A stretch of 61,988 nucleotides of DNA, the filler included, from Trypethelium eluteriae (taxonomy: Eukaryota): assembly GCA_051942245.1 (NCBI GenBank). It is 3 parts of 3 records of this genome, joined end to end, with 100 filler letters (N's around TTAATTAATTAA, not from the genome) between each part and the next. Parts side by side here need not be neighbours in the genome. Positions count along the whole stretch, not along the records: positions 1 to 20,628 come from JAVECL010000492.1; positions 20,729 to 41,313 come from JAVECL010000493.1; 1 more part is not named here. One strand, given 5' to 3'. Under the pieces are notes generated by a model. That model had not been told where the DNA came from, ran no database searches, and saw only the letters and a program-made list of their open reading frames with translations. Position numbers and translations under genes: made by a program. Below, in pieces: positions 12,849 to 26,010 of the stretch; the first letter of the stretch is position 1; every line of letters begins with the position of its first letter.

Positions 12849-13829
12849 AACAACGGCGGAACTAAAACTGGCTAATACGATGGAAGCTGCTGGTTAACAT
12901 AGACATGCGCTTAGGATAGATCACTGTCTGTTGGGCGTGATAAGGCTGGAGGGATACGGTTGATTGCGTTGTCTGCTTGGAGCTCTTTATCAATCTCGAA
13001 AGACTTCAGCAAGACAAGATTGATGGAATGTGAAGAGGATTTACACCTAGGAATGCCAATTCTATAATGAATTTGCTTGCAAGTTCAACTAAAATGACTA
13101 CAAGAAGGGATCCCTTCTCTTTTTGCACAAGGTGTAGGAATGTTGGAGGTGGTCTATGCTCTTACCTCTGCTACTCCGTGAATTGGCCCCTTTCCTCGAA
13201 TCTCGCACGAAAATTTGAGAGATCGTAGTTTTCAACGGACTTTGAGGGGAACTCAAGGGACGCACAAGAGAAAAAGAAAGAAAGAACAAATGAGAGAACT
13301 ACTAATATGAACAGTTTGATTCCCGCTGCGTATAACGTGAAAGGTCCCCCACGAAAATCTAGATTAAATGCCAATCTTCAGTGCTAATAATTATGAAAAC
13401 GCCTCATCAACAGCTTCGTATCAATCATATGCAGACTTGCCGCGCCCTTGTATCGAGCCACCAGTTGCTTCCCTTCCAGTTCACGTATTGCCAGTCTATT
13501 CACAAGAAATTGCCAGAGAATAAGGGTATCTGTGCTCCACGAGCTTACCCTGTGGAAGTGGACTCGAAGTCTCCAGCGCAGGCGATGATCAAGTTATCAA
13601 GGTGGAATAATTCAAGGCTACAGCGAGTGAGCAGTTTGGGGGGATAAACATGAGAATCAGGACATGATCTTCATCATTGACACGTGCCTATGGTGACTGT
13701 CGGCTCGTGCAATCACTCTTTCCAGCCTAAATCCACGTGAAACAGCCTCTTTGCCACAAAGAGGCCCTCACCACCACTGTTTTCAAGGTCCTGCTGCCTT
13801 ATCTAGCAACGTGACTCCAGATTCAAGCG

Positions 13830-14075
13830 CAGGCGTCATCACCCGTTTGTGAGCTCTTCAACTGACTTCTTCATCAACAAACGATATGAGTACTAGCAAA
13901 TATGGCAATTACCCACTACAATCATCACGAAAGACCCTTTCTCATATTCACAGGCGTCATCACCTGCTTGTGAGACATACATTATTACGACCGAATTCTT
14001 CGTCAACTATTGGAATGAGTATTGGCAGATATGGCAGTCACCCACTACAGCCATCACGAACAACCCTTCCTTATA
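13830..14075. repeat. Diverged tandem duplication of about 120 bp, two copies
   Basis: CAGGCGTCATCACC...ATATGGCA...ACCCACTACA...CATCACGAA...ACCCTT occurs from 13830 and again from 13951. Confidence 0.85.
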
Positions 14076-14217
14076 TATATATATAGAGAGACACCATTTC
14101 CAAGCTCTCTTTCCTTGCAGTCCATTCACTGGGGCCTTCCGCAGCTTGGCTTTCTCACTTATTTTGAATCCTCTTCAAGAAAATTATTAGGCGAGACAAC
14201 TGCGGCTGATCACCACC

Positions 14218-15289
14218 ATGGCCCAATCAAAGGAACAATCTGATGTGGATATCGCTCAGCTGAAGAAACAACATGGTGTGGACATCGCACTGACTGGAGA
14301 TATCATCCTTGCTGTTGGCAAAGACGATGATAAAATGAGTCTTCGCGTCTCTTCATTGTTTCTGAAGAGCACATCTAAGGTCTTCGCAGCGATGTTCGGA
14401 CCCCGTTTTGCTGAAGGCCAGGGGTTGAATGAATCAAACCCTAGAACAGTTCCTCTTCCTGACGATAACCCCTTTGCGATGAGGATAATTTGTAGTGAGC
14501 TCCATCTACGGACGGATCTGGTCCCAGATGAGCTCACCACATCAGAATTCTATTCGATTGCCTGCCTCGTCAACAAATACGACTGCCACATTGCTTTGAA
14601 ACGACTTTTCCAGGTCTGGATGATGAATACCGAAAGCACGACGGATCCGAACACCCTGGCTCTCCACATGGTTTCAGCATATATTTTCGATGACGCTACC
14701 GCGTTTGAAAGGATCACCCATGATTTGATTGTGCATTACGATATGCCCTATATAAAGTTGTGGGAGGACGTTGTCAGCTGTTTCGTGCCATGGAAAGCAT
14801 TAGGTAATTGACTTCCTTGACTCCTTGTGCAAAGACTGTTTTCAAAGACTCATGAGACTTCCTCTAGGTATGCTCGAAGCCGAGCGGTCGACATTACGGA
14901 GTCGAATAGATCTCGTCCTGTTAGATTACTTGAGAACCCGTTGTACTACGGACCATTCCTGTCAATGCTCAGCGTACTGGTATGGTCACTGTATCCTACA
15001 CCTGTTTGAAACAGGACTCAACATTCAGTGGGCAAAGAGAGCGTCATGCTCCAGGGCGATAAAACATTTGGGCACCTCCAAGATCCCCCCGATCGGGGAG
15101 AGAGGAATGGATTCATACTGTGGCCGCGGCCGCTTGGGGCACCGTCCGCCAGACTTCGATGGTTCTCTATTGGACGGACTTGACAGGTTGAGCACTAATG
15201 GCTTGTGCTTGGACTGCGTACGAACGTCAGGGAACGTAAAAGCTGATCACTGTCGGAATAAAGCCGGCACTCACCTGCCCAGACCGTAA
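14218..15289 (+). CDS. BTB/POZ-domain protein
   Basis: DIALTGDIILAVG, LRVSSLFLKSTSKVFAAMFGPRFAEG, PLPDDNPFAMRIICSELH, NKYDC. Intron 14804-14867. C-terminal GLCLDC motif. Confidence 0.85.
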
Positions 15290-18125
15290 TAGCCACGTTG
15301 CTTTGTCACAGCATAGCACGCGGATGACGTGGAGATTGGACTGGAGAAGTATACCCAAGTCAAACCCTCATGTCGAGGTCCCGTATCGAGAGTAACTGTG
15401 ATAAGGGCTCGCGTTGGAGGAAGAAGGTATGTTAAGCCAGGAATACTCCAGTAGGATCCGATGATTGGAGAGTAACAGTGGAATGTAGACAGACCAGCAT
15501 AGGATTTGCCATATGCCCTAATGATACAATACAGTTGAAGCTAGAGTTCATGAATCTGTGAAGTCATGTTATCACCATGACCGAGACCCCGGCCTGGCTT
15601 CGCGATCACTCCGGAACTTGTGCAACTCTTACAAGCCCGCCTGATTCATTCAAGTACCCACACAGAGACGCACGCGGTTCATGAGATTTTGTGTAATTGC
15701 ATCAGCGAAATGCGGGCCAAGCGAACACTGACGTGGGAACATTTGTATTCCCCATAATGAAGATTCGGTTCCAAAAAAGCGGCGCAGAGAACGTTCTACT
15801 TTACTGGATCATCCTAGTTCGGTAGCCTTTCTTACTCATTGCTAGAGGTTTTGATCAAATTCATTGGATGACAGTCAGCATGACGAGCCTCGATGAGAAG
15901 TCCAGTAAGGTCAACGTTTTTTTATTAAGTCAGACAGGATATACACCAAAGGTGCTTCTGAGACGCTGATAAGCAAAAAAACAGAGATGTGTGTCGCCGT
16001 CGATCTCGAATGGTGATAGGGGAGAGGCGTGTTGTATGCAGATGTTGTAGAAAGGTCTGACCATTCAGTGCAATAATATGACGATCCAGCCGTTCTTCAG
16101 ACACACCTGAGCAACGATCAGAGCATCAAAACAATGATTGCTCTTTAGAGAGATTGACTCCGGGTCCGAACTTGTGGTCATCGGGTCCGATCATGCTGAC
16201 GGGCCAGATGCTAGCGACTTCGTGGGGGCGGATGCAAAGCATATGGCCGGTGAGTATTTCAGTCATTTGGAAGGTGACTGCGTGTGCATTTTTGAGGCAA
16301 AACTCGCTTGAAGACGACGCGAAAAGGAGGCAGAAGTCTTGGTAGTGGCTAAGACTCCGGTGTATTATTCCTACGCTGTCGGACATCCTTGTGTTAGCCA
16401 ATGTTTTGCTAACTTAGTTCGACACGGAAAAGGGCCAACCTAAAGCTATTTTCTTGGCCGCAGGTATTCTGGCTTTGTCGAGCGTTGCCTTGTGGACAAC
16501 GATGCGCCCAGTGGCAGCATCAAAGGTGGTACGCTCACGAATGAGGCCAACGATTAAGAACAGGACAAGAAGGCAGGCCAGGATGAGAGAGCGTCTCGAT
16601 GCACGAGACTCCGGAAGCAAACTCATTGTGTGGTACGCAATTGAATCTATTGACATCAAGGTTGGAGGTTTGTTCTCTCTTGACAGAAGTAACCGTTGGT
16701 CTCCGAGTACGCAAGGCATGGTTCGTATTGCCCTTTGGAATGAGCGCTTGGAATGTGCCTATGATTGAGACTTTGCCGATGGGCATATATCTCAGTAATC
16801 AACGTTGAAAGCATTTTTGGAGGAACCCTTGAATCCTGGCCCGAATGGAATGTAGGGATGTAACGAAGGGCTAGATCTTCAATGGCGAACTGCGTGGCCA
16901 TCGTTTTGGCTAGATTTCTTGGCTAATAGTACATGATTAGCGATTGCCTCTTTGGATAAAATTGGTGAGAGTTTGGGGTCGAACTGCCAAGAGTGCAATT
17001 GCATGCAAGGAGAAGGTTTTGATGCCCCCAGCCCTTAGGTACGGAGGCCGCCTGTTATAGCCACGGCGTAGGCAATAAGGCAATCGAGAAGATTTCCTAA
17101 ATCTACTTCCCTAGGACCGGCGACGGCAAGGCATGAACATTCAAGATATTGAGAGTGTCCGGCCAGTAAGGCGCGAAGCCTGTGGACATTGGAGGTGTCC
17201 GGAAATTTGTGCTGGAATCCTCCCGATGAACTGGTCACTATGAGTAGAGATAGGACAATCGCACTCCTTATGTGGCTTTCAATTAGCTGTCTATCAGTTT
17301 TTGGTTTCTCTCCTGCCTCTTACCTTCTAGTTCCCTAGGTTCCTTAGGTCCCTTACTTGAAGCTGATTTCCCGAGATTGTTGCTGAGAACCCCCAAATCT
17401 GGAGTAAGAAGAATATCGGTCACGTCTCATGTCTCTAAGCCTCGACGCATCAAATCATCTGGACTCATTGGGGCCATCTCTCATTGAGTAAGTATAGACA
17501 CCGGTAACGCGAGCGGGCGAATGAGAAGACCGTCCGAGTCTCAACACCACAAGCTAGCCGAGCTGAAACCCAGAAGCGAGTGGCTGAGATGACTAACCAC
17601 TCACGCCGCAACGGAGACGCAAAATAGACCTCCTAGCCTCCCGTGCCTCCAACGGCTCTAAACCACGGTATGATTGGCTCGCTCGTAACCAACGTATGCT
17701 AAGGCTGCTAGACTTGTAGCCCTAAGACATCTTCTTGTAGGCCAAGACTGACTGACACTCAATATTCTTTGAGAAAAGAGAACAACCCGTCTCATGTCCA
17801 CGCACTCAGCCCCATCATGTGGGTCTTGTCACCCCGGCCCCATATGCTGAACCCACGAAGCTGTAATTGTCTGGGGTTTGGTCCGTAGAATCACTTGTCT
17901 ACTCAGACAACATATAAACAACACGGTGAGCCATCTCAGATTCACGTATCCACTCATACGCTCGCGGAACCACAATTCACCAACCCTTCGATACATCAAC
18001 GTCGAAAGTCATACGCATTTCTAGTGCATCAGCTCAACGTCCTCACATACTCCCTGAAGCATTTTCTCAATACCTTCTCCTTGACATTCTCTCTCACTCG
18101 TAACCTTTCATCCCCAATCTTCAGG

Positions 18126-19191
18126 ATGGGTGGCGGAGGCTACTGCCTACCACAATATACCTTTAACCAACAATATATCCTCCTGAAACAATGCACCCCT
18201 TCAACATGTCTCGTTGAAGCCTGTGGCCAGATCAAATACATTCCCAGCCTAGGCGGAAACGTTGTCTATATGGCAATGTTCTTGGTGCTCCTCATTTCAC
18301 AACTCTACCTTTGTATACGACACAAGACATTCGGATTCTTAGTCGGCATGTTTGGTGGCATAGCCCTCGAAGTCCTTGGATACGGCGGACGCATCTGGCT
18401 CAACAGAAGCATCTTCAACTTTAATGGATTCTTACTCTATCTCATCTGTCTTACCATTGCGCCTGCCTTCTTATCCGGCTCGATCTACATCTGCTTGGGA
18501 AGATTGGTGAACGTCAATGGTCAGCATCTCTCCCGTTTCTCGGCTAAGACCTACGCCATCGTCTTCGTGAGCAGCGACCTCCTTTCGCTTGTACTCCAAG
18601 CCGCTGGCGGTGCCCTGGCCGCCCAAGCCAACACGAATAGCCAGCAACAAACCGGTATCAACATCATGATTGCCGGTCTTGCGTATCAGGTCTTTTCGCT
18701 GCTTCTCTTCCTCGCACTCTGGGGCGAGTTCGCTCTCCGCATCCGAAGGGCGAGCGAGGACCAAAAGAATCCTGAATACATTGCACTTCGTGCATCAAAC
18801 AAGTTCAAGTACTTCCAATTCGGTATGTCTCTTCTTTTGTAATCTCAACCGCATCAGTCGCTAACGTAAAATGTCTACGATAGCTCTCTTCCTTGCTACC
18901 ATCCTCATTCTTATCCGTTCCACCTACCGTGTTATTGAACTGCAAGGCGGCTTCAAAGGCACCATTGCCAACGATCAGCCCAGCTTCATGGTTCTTGAGG
19001 GCCCCATGATCATCCTTGCAATCCTTGCTCTTACCGTCTTCCATCCTGGCCTCGTACTCAAGGATGCTTGGCATGCCAGTGGATTCTCATTCCATTCGAA
19101 CAAGGGTGGCGCAGTCGAGTACCAAATGACAGCAAAGGGGAACGACGACTATTCCAGCAACTCTGAATTGAGGGGTGCGAGTTTCAGATGA
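18126..19191 (+). CDS. RTA1-domain (lipid-translocating exporter family) membrane protein
   Basis: CTPSTC...YIPSLGGN, LEVLGYGGR, CLTIAPAFLSGSIY, DLLSLVLQAAGG, IRSTYRVIELQGG, FMVLEG and FHPG motifs. Intron 18823-18883. Confidence 0.92.
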
Positions 19192-20191
19192 TTTTCTTTT
19201 GTTCTCTCCGTGATTCGAGCATGATACTAGGCGCAATGGATATAGGATATGGGTGAGACATTAAACATGCAGGATGTTTTCCCTGGGAGAAAAGGGAAAG
19301 CGGGCTTACAGGGACACGTTGGCAGCACTTTGAATATTGATCTGACAGTAATTTTTCTTCTCTTGCAATTTCTATCGATATTTTTTTTTTATATCTTCAT
19401 TGTAGCCAGCAAATTCCACAGCAAATTCAAAGCATTGTCTCAAAACCCCATTAGCACCGCTCAGTTAGAGCTTGCCGACAAAGTCACTAGCTCAGCTTTG
19501 CAATTTTGCTGTGTTCTGCTGAATGAATGTAACGAAGGCGAGGTAAGCAAGCTGTTCGGCCCAAACAGCCTCCGCGTGACCGTACGGTGAAGCCTCGACT
19601 CCCGTCTCTCGCGGAAATCGTGCTTTCCCAAAACACCATCTCCGCCTCCTCCGCCTCCTCCGCCCCATCTGTCCCCTTCGTCATTCACGCCATGACTCGT
19701 ATGCCCATTTATTCTTTTTCCAGAAGCTTAACCGTTCGGCAATTATTTTTCAAACCATAGAGCCACAGAGAAAATAGTACTATGTAATAGTAAGCTGTCT
19801 AACTGTACATAGGTGTATTGATGACGAACCAAGTATTTAATCTCCTTCCCCTTATGGACATCCCCTCTTTATTTGTAGGCGTACCTCTCCTCCCCTCACG
19901 GCGGCACCTTTCTCTAATCTCTTGCGGGACCCCCTCTTCTCTATCTCGAAGGCATCTCCCTTTATTCCATGTGCGCCTTCCACTCTATTTATCCTCCAAG
20001 CGCCTCCTTTTCATCCCGACGGAGCTCCCATTTATTCCGCGGAGGGATCCCACTTTCCCCCCTGAGCCCTCGAAAAAGACAAAGAAAACAAAACAAACCT
20101 GAACCAAAAAAATCCCCTCCGACGCCAAAACCCACCGCTACATTCCCCCTCCAAAAAAAGAAAAGGAGAAAGGAGGGGATAGGGGTCCGTC

Positions 20192-20628
20192 TCATAACCG
20201 AATCGTCTCCCCCCAAACCTGCCACTCCCCATCCAAGCCATTCGGCTTCCAGCGAAACGTCACGGGCTGCACGCTGCGCTTGAAGGGAGCCGCGACCTCG
20301 TTCGCGATGCGCGCGTCGTGGATCCGCTGCAGCTCCCCCGGCATCTTCGTCGGCATGATGTCGTGAATGCGCTGCTGCTCGCGCGGCAGCCGGTCGGCGG
20401 GTGTCAGGTAGTCGTCTGGGTCGAGGCCGTGCGCGAAGGCGTCGGCGGCGAGGTCGTCGTAGAAGGCGAGGGCGCTGGTGCTGGGGCCGCCGAAGGGGTC
20501 GATAGAGAGGACGCCGGGGGAGTTGCTGAGGTGTAGGTTAGGATTGTTTGTTGTGGAGGAGGAGGGGTCGAGAGGTATGGCGCTGGTGGTGGAGGTGGTG
20601 GTGGCGAATGTGGAGGAGGTGGTGGCGG
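20192..20628 (-). CDS. 3' end of an unidentified gene truncated by the assembly gap
   Basis: Open frame from the gap edge to TGA 20194-20192 with strong GC3 bias, ending ...RIHDIMPTKMPGELQRIHDARIANEVAAPFKRSVQPVTFRWKPNGLDGEWQVWGETIRL. Confidence 0.55.
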
Positions 20629-20728
20629 NNNNNNNNNNNNNNNNNNNNNNNNNNNNNNNNNNNNNNNNNNNNTTAATTAATTAANNNNNNNNNNNNNNNN
20701 NNNNNNNNNNNNNNNNNNNNNNNNNNNN
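20629..20728. other. Assembly gap with artificial six-frame-stop linker
   Basis: 44 N + TTAATTAATTAA (20673-20684) + 44 N. Confidence 0.97.
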
Positions 20729-23015
20729 GGATCCAGGGGGCGAGGAGGTGGACCCGTCCGCGGATGTGCTGTGGGAGGCGGAGGGCTGTTGCGAGGGCGT
20801 AGATGGCGCCGGCGGAGTGGGCGAGGAGTGAGAATTTGTTGATTCTGAGGACTTGGCATATGGCTAGAACGTCGTCTGCGGATTGTTAGTTTTACACCCG
20901 TTCGATCATGATAGGTTGCTTACCAGGCCAGCCTAGAGGAGTGCCCTCACGCTCTGGATAGGGCTCACTTCCTCCGATTCCCGGTCGGTCCGGTGTGATA
21001 AGTCGTAGCTTCAAAGTCGTAGCGAGCTCGTCATAGAAGGCCGTGACAAACCTCGTTAACCCCATCCCAACGCAGCAAAAGACCGCGTACCCTTTTGGAT
21101 CACCAACTTCGGAGAACATGATGACGCGACCACTCTGGGGGTCTGTAGCTTTTTGTGATAATCGAGGGGAGCGCAAAAAGTCGTCCACGCCCATATCAAT
21201 GGAATCGATGCTTGAGGGCCTACCCTCGCCCGCCATGTACTCCATGGATGCTTTGCGCACCGTCATCAGATCATCGCGCACGCCATTGCGTAATCCTCTA
21301 TCATGCGAGCGGATAAAACTATCAGTCTGAGACCATCTATGCTGATTCCGTTTTGAGCTATTACGTTCTGGAGGTGTTACTATATCAGCTTTGGTGTGCG
21401 GTCTTCGGCTCGGACTTGATTCGCTCCCAGGTCTCGTACTTGGATTCGATTTTCCAAGCAAAAGATCTAATGCCTTGTTATATTCTGCCAAGAACCCAGG
21501 CGAGTCGGGCTCGTAGAACTCTGCCAGCGCATCGGCAGCTGTATAACTTGGTTGTAATGGCGCTGGTGCTGGCGCTGGACGACCGCTCTTGTGCTCAGTC
21601 CCTCGATCTGGAGATTGTGGAGGAGTAATGGGAATGCCCAACATCTTCCTCGCTTTCACATTTGACTGCTTTTCACGAATCTCCGGATCGACCAGAAATT
21701 TGGAATTAGTAGCAGTGTCATTGGTACTCACTGGTTTCCGGGAAATCGATTGACTTTTGGATGTTTTCTGTGACGCTGGCGACGCTGGCACCGATTCTCT
21801 CATTCGTCGTTCTTTCTGTGCCTTAAGCTCCCGAATTCTACGAGTGACCTTCTCCTCTTCTGTTTCGTTTGGCGGCGGTTTTTCCTTGTTTGCACTCTGA
21901 GTGGTTGACTCACTGGAGAGATTTGATTGTTTCGGCTGTTGCAGACTGCTCCGTCGACTTGACCTTCGAGCTTCTATCTTGCTATTACGAGGACTGTGCG
22001 GATGACGTAGAGAGGAACCTCTTTCCGGTATAAGTGTATGTCCATTTGTGGTTGCAGGACTAGTCGGCTCGACCCGCTCCATCTTCCTCTTGCCAGCTTT
22101 TATGGGACTCTCTTTCTCCATGGTAGACTCCGGCGGCTGAGATTGTGATGGTGATGGTGATGTCGATTCTTCTTGTATAGTAGTCTCAGCCAAGATTGGC
22201 TGTTTGGGACTGGGAGTGCGGACTTGTGGTTGTACCGTAGCCAATTCAGAATCATGACTTTCCAATTCGTCCCTTTCTGCGACAGGAGAACCCGGTGAAA
22301 GTCTTTTTCGGTCCGTATCTTTTGCCCGCAGCCGCTCTTTCGAGGTCATAAACCTCAAGCCCTTGTGACTTGCCTTGCCCTGCCTGCTTACCGACGATTC
22401 TCGACTGCCTAGTGGTGAGCTCGTGGCATCGACGTTCAATGCGTAATTATCTGAAGATGTGCGTTTTTCTTTCTGTTTCGCGCGCAGGGAGTTCGAGCTC
22501 TTCGTGCTTCGAAGGTAGTTCTTGAACGACCCAACGCTGCTCTGTTTGGATAATCCGGGGGCCGTCAATGATGAGAAGCCCGACGGAGGCTTTGACGTGC
22601 GAACAACCGGAGGCTCAGCAGCATCGTCGATGTATGGAAGTTCGATGGTCTGACCGTTGCCGAATGTGCCGTACTCCACGCCAAAGCCAGCTTCTTGTGC
22701 GGGCGCAGGCTTTGTTACTCCTCGATCGCGCGTGCTTTGATCTTGTACCGGCAGGGATGAAGGAGAGGAGCAAGCGCCGTTAAGATCGGGTATGTTCTCG
22801 AAGTGTTCCTTGGTATCTCGAGAGATGGCATCGAGGGAAGAGATGAGGGAGTTGATAACCTCTGGAGATGCGGAATTCACCCGCGGATAGTCTGTCGCAC
22901 TATATCTCCCCCGAGCTCGCATTGTCGGAGCAAACGAACGATGGCGGTAGGATACATCTCCAGTGAAACGGGTCTGATTGGGCGGGGTGACTGTTCGTGG
23001 AGGTGTTACAGCCAT
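20729..23015 (-). CDS. Alpha/beta hydrolase with long disordered N-terminus, 3' end lost in the gap
   Basis: FSEVGDPKGYAVFCCVGMGLTRF and LRLITPDRPGIGGS. After intron 20923-20876 it reads DDVLAICQVLRINKFSLLAHSAGAIYALATALRLPQHIRGRVHLLAPWI, with an AHSAG nucleophile elbow. Confidence 0.88.
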
Positions 23016-23739
23016 TTCGGCGTTTGAATCCCTGACATTGCCTGTTTTAATTGCAGTTTCCCAATAGGGATTCAGGATGGGGACGGAATCGTCGCTAGAC
23101 GCAACGCGAAGTGGATGTTGGAGGTGTCTGCCTTCGCTAAGAGCGACGTGTAGACTTCCTGGGTCGTGGACGCGAGCTCGACATTATCAATCTCAAGTGC
23201 GTGGAGCACAATTGAAACATAATCGTTCATACGGGAACTACTAGCGACGAGTCTGTCCTGGGGCTGGGACTGCTCGAGGAAGGGTAAGGCAAGGGTTGCA
23301 GTGGGTCCGGGCAATTTAGACGTCTGACTGGGAGCCTGGACCCCTACACTCCTAGAAAAGCATATTACACCGTGCTGTATGCGCAGATCGGCACTGCAAT
23401 TAATTGGCCGACGTAGCCACTGACCCGGGCCGGCGAATAATGATGGAAGAGGCTGTAAGGCCAACTTAAAGCACCGTAAAGCTTGCCTGCCGACTACGTG
23501 CCCCTTTTGAGGTAAGCGTGATCAGGTACCTGAGGCACTGCGTCACTGCCGTATTCCGCAAATTGAACCTTGATGCTTGGTCGCTTGGCTCTCCCACGTC
23601 CGCATCAGCATCAGCCTCTACGCCAGACAGACAGCGACGACATCGATGCAAACAACTAAGCTTCAAGATCCTATCACTTCTCCGCAATCGCAATAATTCT
23701 GATCTCCAATCGTTTTACCAAGACAAGAGCGAGGATCTC

Positions 23740-24852
23740 ATGGCTTTCGCAATACCCTTACCAGTTCTATCATTCTTAGCCGTCCCGGCTTTGAGCTCTT
23801 ACAGCACCCAGCTCAATATCCTATTCTTTTACATGACATGGAGCACTCTATTGTTCTCATATTCGCCTCTGGCTATTGAATTCTTTGGCACATTCGCCAT
23901 ACGGACGCTCTTCTATACCCTACCTTCTCTACTATTTCTCGCTTTCGATACAGCAATTCCTAATGTCGCAGTACTTATCAAAGCTCAGGGCGATCCCGCC
24001 TTACCCTCACGACACAGCCCGAAAAGGCTGGCCTTTATTGTTGCCTTGACGCTATTCAATGTTGCTTTAGGTGTAGCGCTCCAAACGGCTATAGATCTTC
24101 TCTTCACACACGTATTCAATATAAGGAGTAACTTGAGGGTAACCACGAGCCTGCCGCTGCCATGGGAAATTGCCAACGACCTTTTCAGGGGTCTCGTACT
24201 GAGAGGAGTGAGCCATCCCCGAATACCTAGACCAACATGATAAGCAACGCTGAAACAGATAAAGGTGCTTCATTATTACCTCCACCGGTTCGGCTTGCAC
24301 GATTCGAGATCGCCGATAGCCAAATGGCATCAAAATTGGCAGCACAGCATCCGAGTCTCATTCTCTATGGTAGCAAATTTCGACCATCCCGTCTGCTATT
24401 TGGTGGGCCGCTGGCTGCCCGCTTACTTACCCGCAGCTTTGTTTCGCTCCCACATTCTCACCTATCATATCATGGTTGCATTACTTTCTCTTGAAGAGGC
24501 ATTTACTTACTCCGGATACTCGATTCTACCTTCGACTATCATCCTGGCTGGCATGGCTCGGAGACTTGATGGCCATTTCATGAACGAAGGTGAAGGAAAC
24601 TTTGGCGCTTCGGGTCTTCTGGTACGCACTAAATTTCTTCAGATTAATAAGCACGATTTGTGTGCCCTCCCTGACACAATGTTGTAGGACTGGGCATTCG
24701 GAACGTCAATTGGGCGAGATGTTCTGGAAGACGTGAAGGCGGAAATGGAAAAACATGACGTAGAAGGCCGGACCGAAAACGCCGTTGGTAATGCAGTATC
24801 CAACGTGAAAGGGAAGGCAAGAAAGAAGGAGAAGAAATCTTCGAATAAATAG
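23740..24852 (+). CDS. Fatty-acid hydroxylase / sterol desaturase superfamily protein with degenerate His boxes
   Basis: Multi-pass membrane protein with HYYLHRFGLH, WHQNWQH, FDHPVCY, TYSGY and GNFG..GLLDWAFGT. Two introns. Confidence 0.8.
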
Positions 24853-25189
24853 ATCGGTGATGATTTGGTTATATTGATGGTGGAGTGTATAGTTTTCTCT
24901 TGTTTAGTAGGTCTAGTCCCGATACCCTTATGCGTCTTTGATGGGTGGTCCTTGAGCTCTTTTGGTGCGTGATACCCCTCGAGTCTGCACCTCTGAAGTT
25001 TTTTGAGGACATACAACTTATTGTTAATTTTCACTCAATGCGACAGCTGATCCACGGAAAGTAAAAAGCTTGTTACATGCTCTTGACGAAGTTATATTTG
25101 TTGTCAGTGAGCAAGAGGTTCGTGAGCGGTGTCAGCCTAGCCTGCCTTGCGCCTGTCCGTTGAAATCCCCCACTGCCCTCCTCACACAT

Positions 25190-26010
25190 CTAAAAGACCA
25201 TCTCGTGTGGTTTGTCCCCCTTGCGCAAGCTGAAAGATGATGCCAAGTAACTCAAAAGGAAAGGTTCCTTCTTCAAGTTTCCGATTAATGTTTTGTCTAC
25301 CGCCTTCTGGTCCTGAACCCTGCTGCTGGAGACTTCCTTCTTCTGTACAAAGCAGTCAGTCACACGTATATCAGGCAGTTAAATCAAATCTTCGACTGAC
25401 CTCTGGCTTATCTCCCTGCTTGAAGAAGGCGTCCTCGCCCTGCTTCTTGTTCTTCTTATCCCGGGCAAAGTACTCCTTGCCTCCAACCTTTTCCACGACC
25501 TTTGAGTCAATACCACCGAGGTTCACCCTTGTGCTTGTTGCTATCACGTATCTCGAGTTCACTCTCCGAAGCGGCACACCATTGACCTTGAATGGTCCAG
25601 TAACCAGAAGGACACCCTGATCGAGGACTTTGAGAAGAACGACGCGCTTTCCCCGGAAGCGACCGGCGAGAAGGATAAGGACGGCTCCAGGCTGTAGCGA
25701 TGGTCGAGGCTTGAAGGGACGGAGGGCTTTTCGAGACTGAATTCATGGTAAGACACACTTCGGAAAACTGGGACAAATCACTCCAGAAGGAGCAGAATTG
25801 AGATTGTCGGAGAAGAACATTGTGTATCCGTTTTACTGCTATGATTTCTCATACTTGGAGGAGGGAGACGAGTCATCGTACCTTCTTTGGCTGAGCGATA
25901 TCTTCGGCTGGGTAGTATTTGGAGGCCTTTTGCGACGGGTGAGGAATAACGCGCTCTCCCTTGCCGAATTTCTTCGTCGTTGGCTGCTCCTGCTTTGTTG
26001 AGGCGGACAT
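25190..26010 (-). CDS. RPL6: 60S ribosomal protein L6 (eL6)
   Basis: [55 protein letters not shown], and C-terminal GDKPHEMVF. Two introns. Confidence 0.96.

Noticed and set aside
16050..16719. Possible decayed type II membrane protein or glycosyltransferase gene
   Set aside because: One hydrophobic segment is present, but the frames are broken and no catalytic motif can be supported.
17895..18125. In-frame upstream extension of the RTA1 ORF from TTG
   Set aside because: It looks like pyrimidine-rich 5' UTR with a TATA-like CATATAAA inside it and has no conserved-looking peptide, unlike the cpc-1 case.
19800..20190. Several overlapping short ORFs
   Set aside because: Low-complexity C/T and A-rich 3' flank sequence that yields spurious frames.
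20673..20684. TTAATTAATTAA palindrome, also at 41358-41369
   Set aside because: It is centred in identical 100-bp N blocks and gives stops in all six frames, so it is a scaffolding linker rather than biology.
25739..25880. Possible intronic snoRNA in RPL6 intron 1
   Set aside because: No paired box C (RTGATGA) and box D (CTGA), and no clear H/ACA layout.
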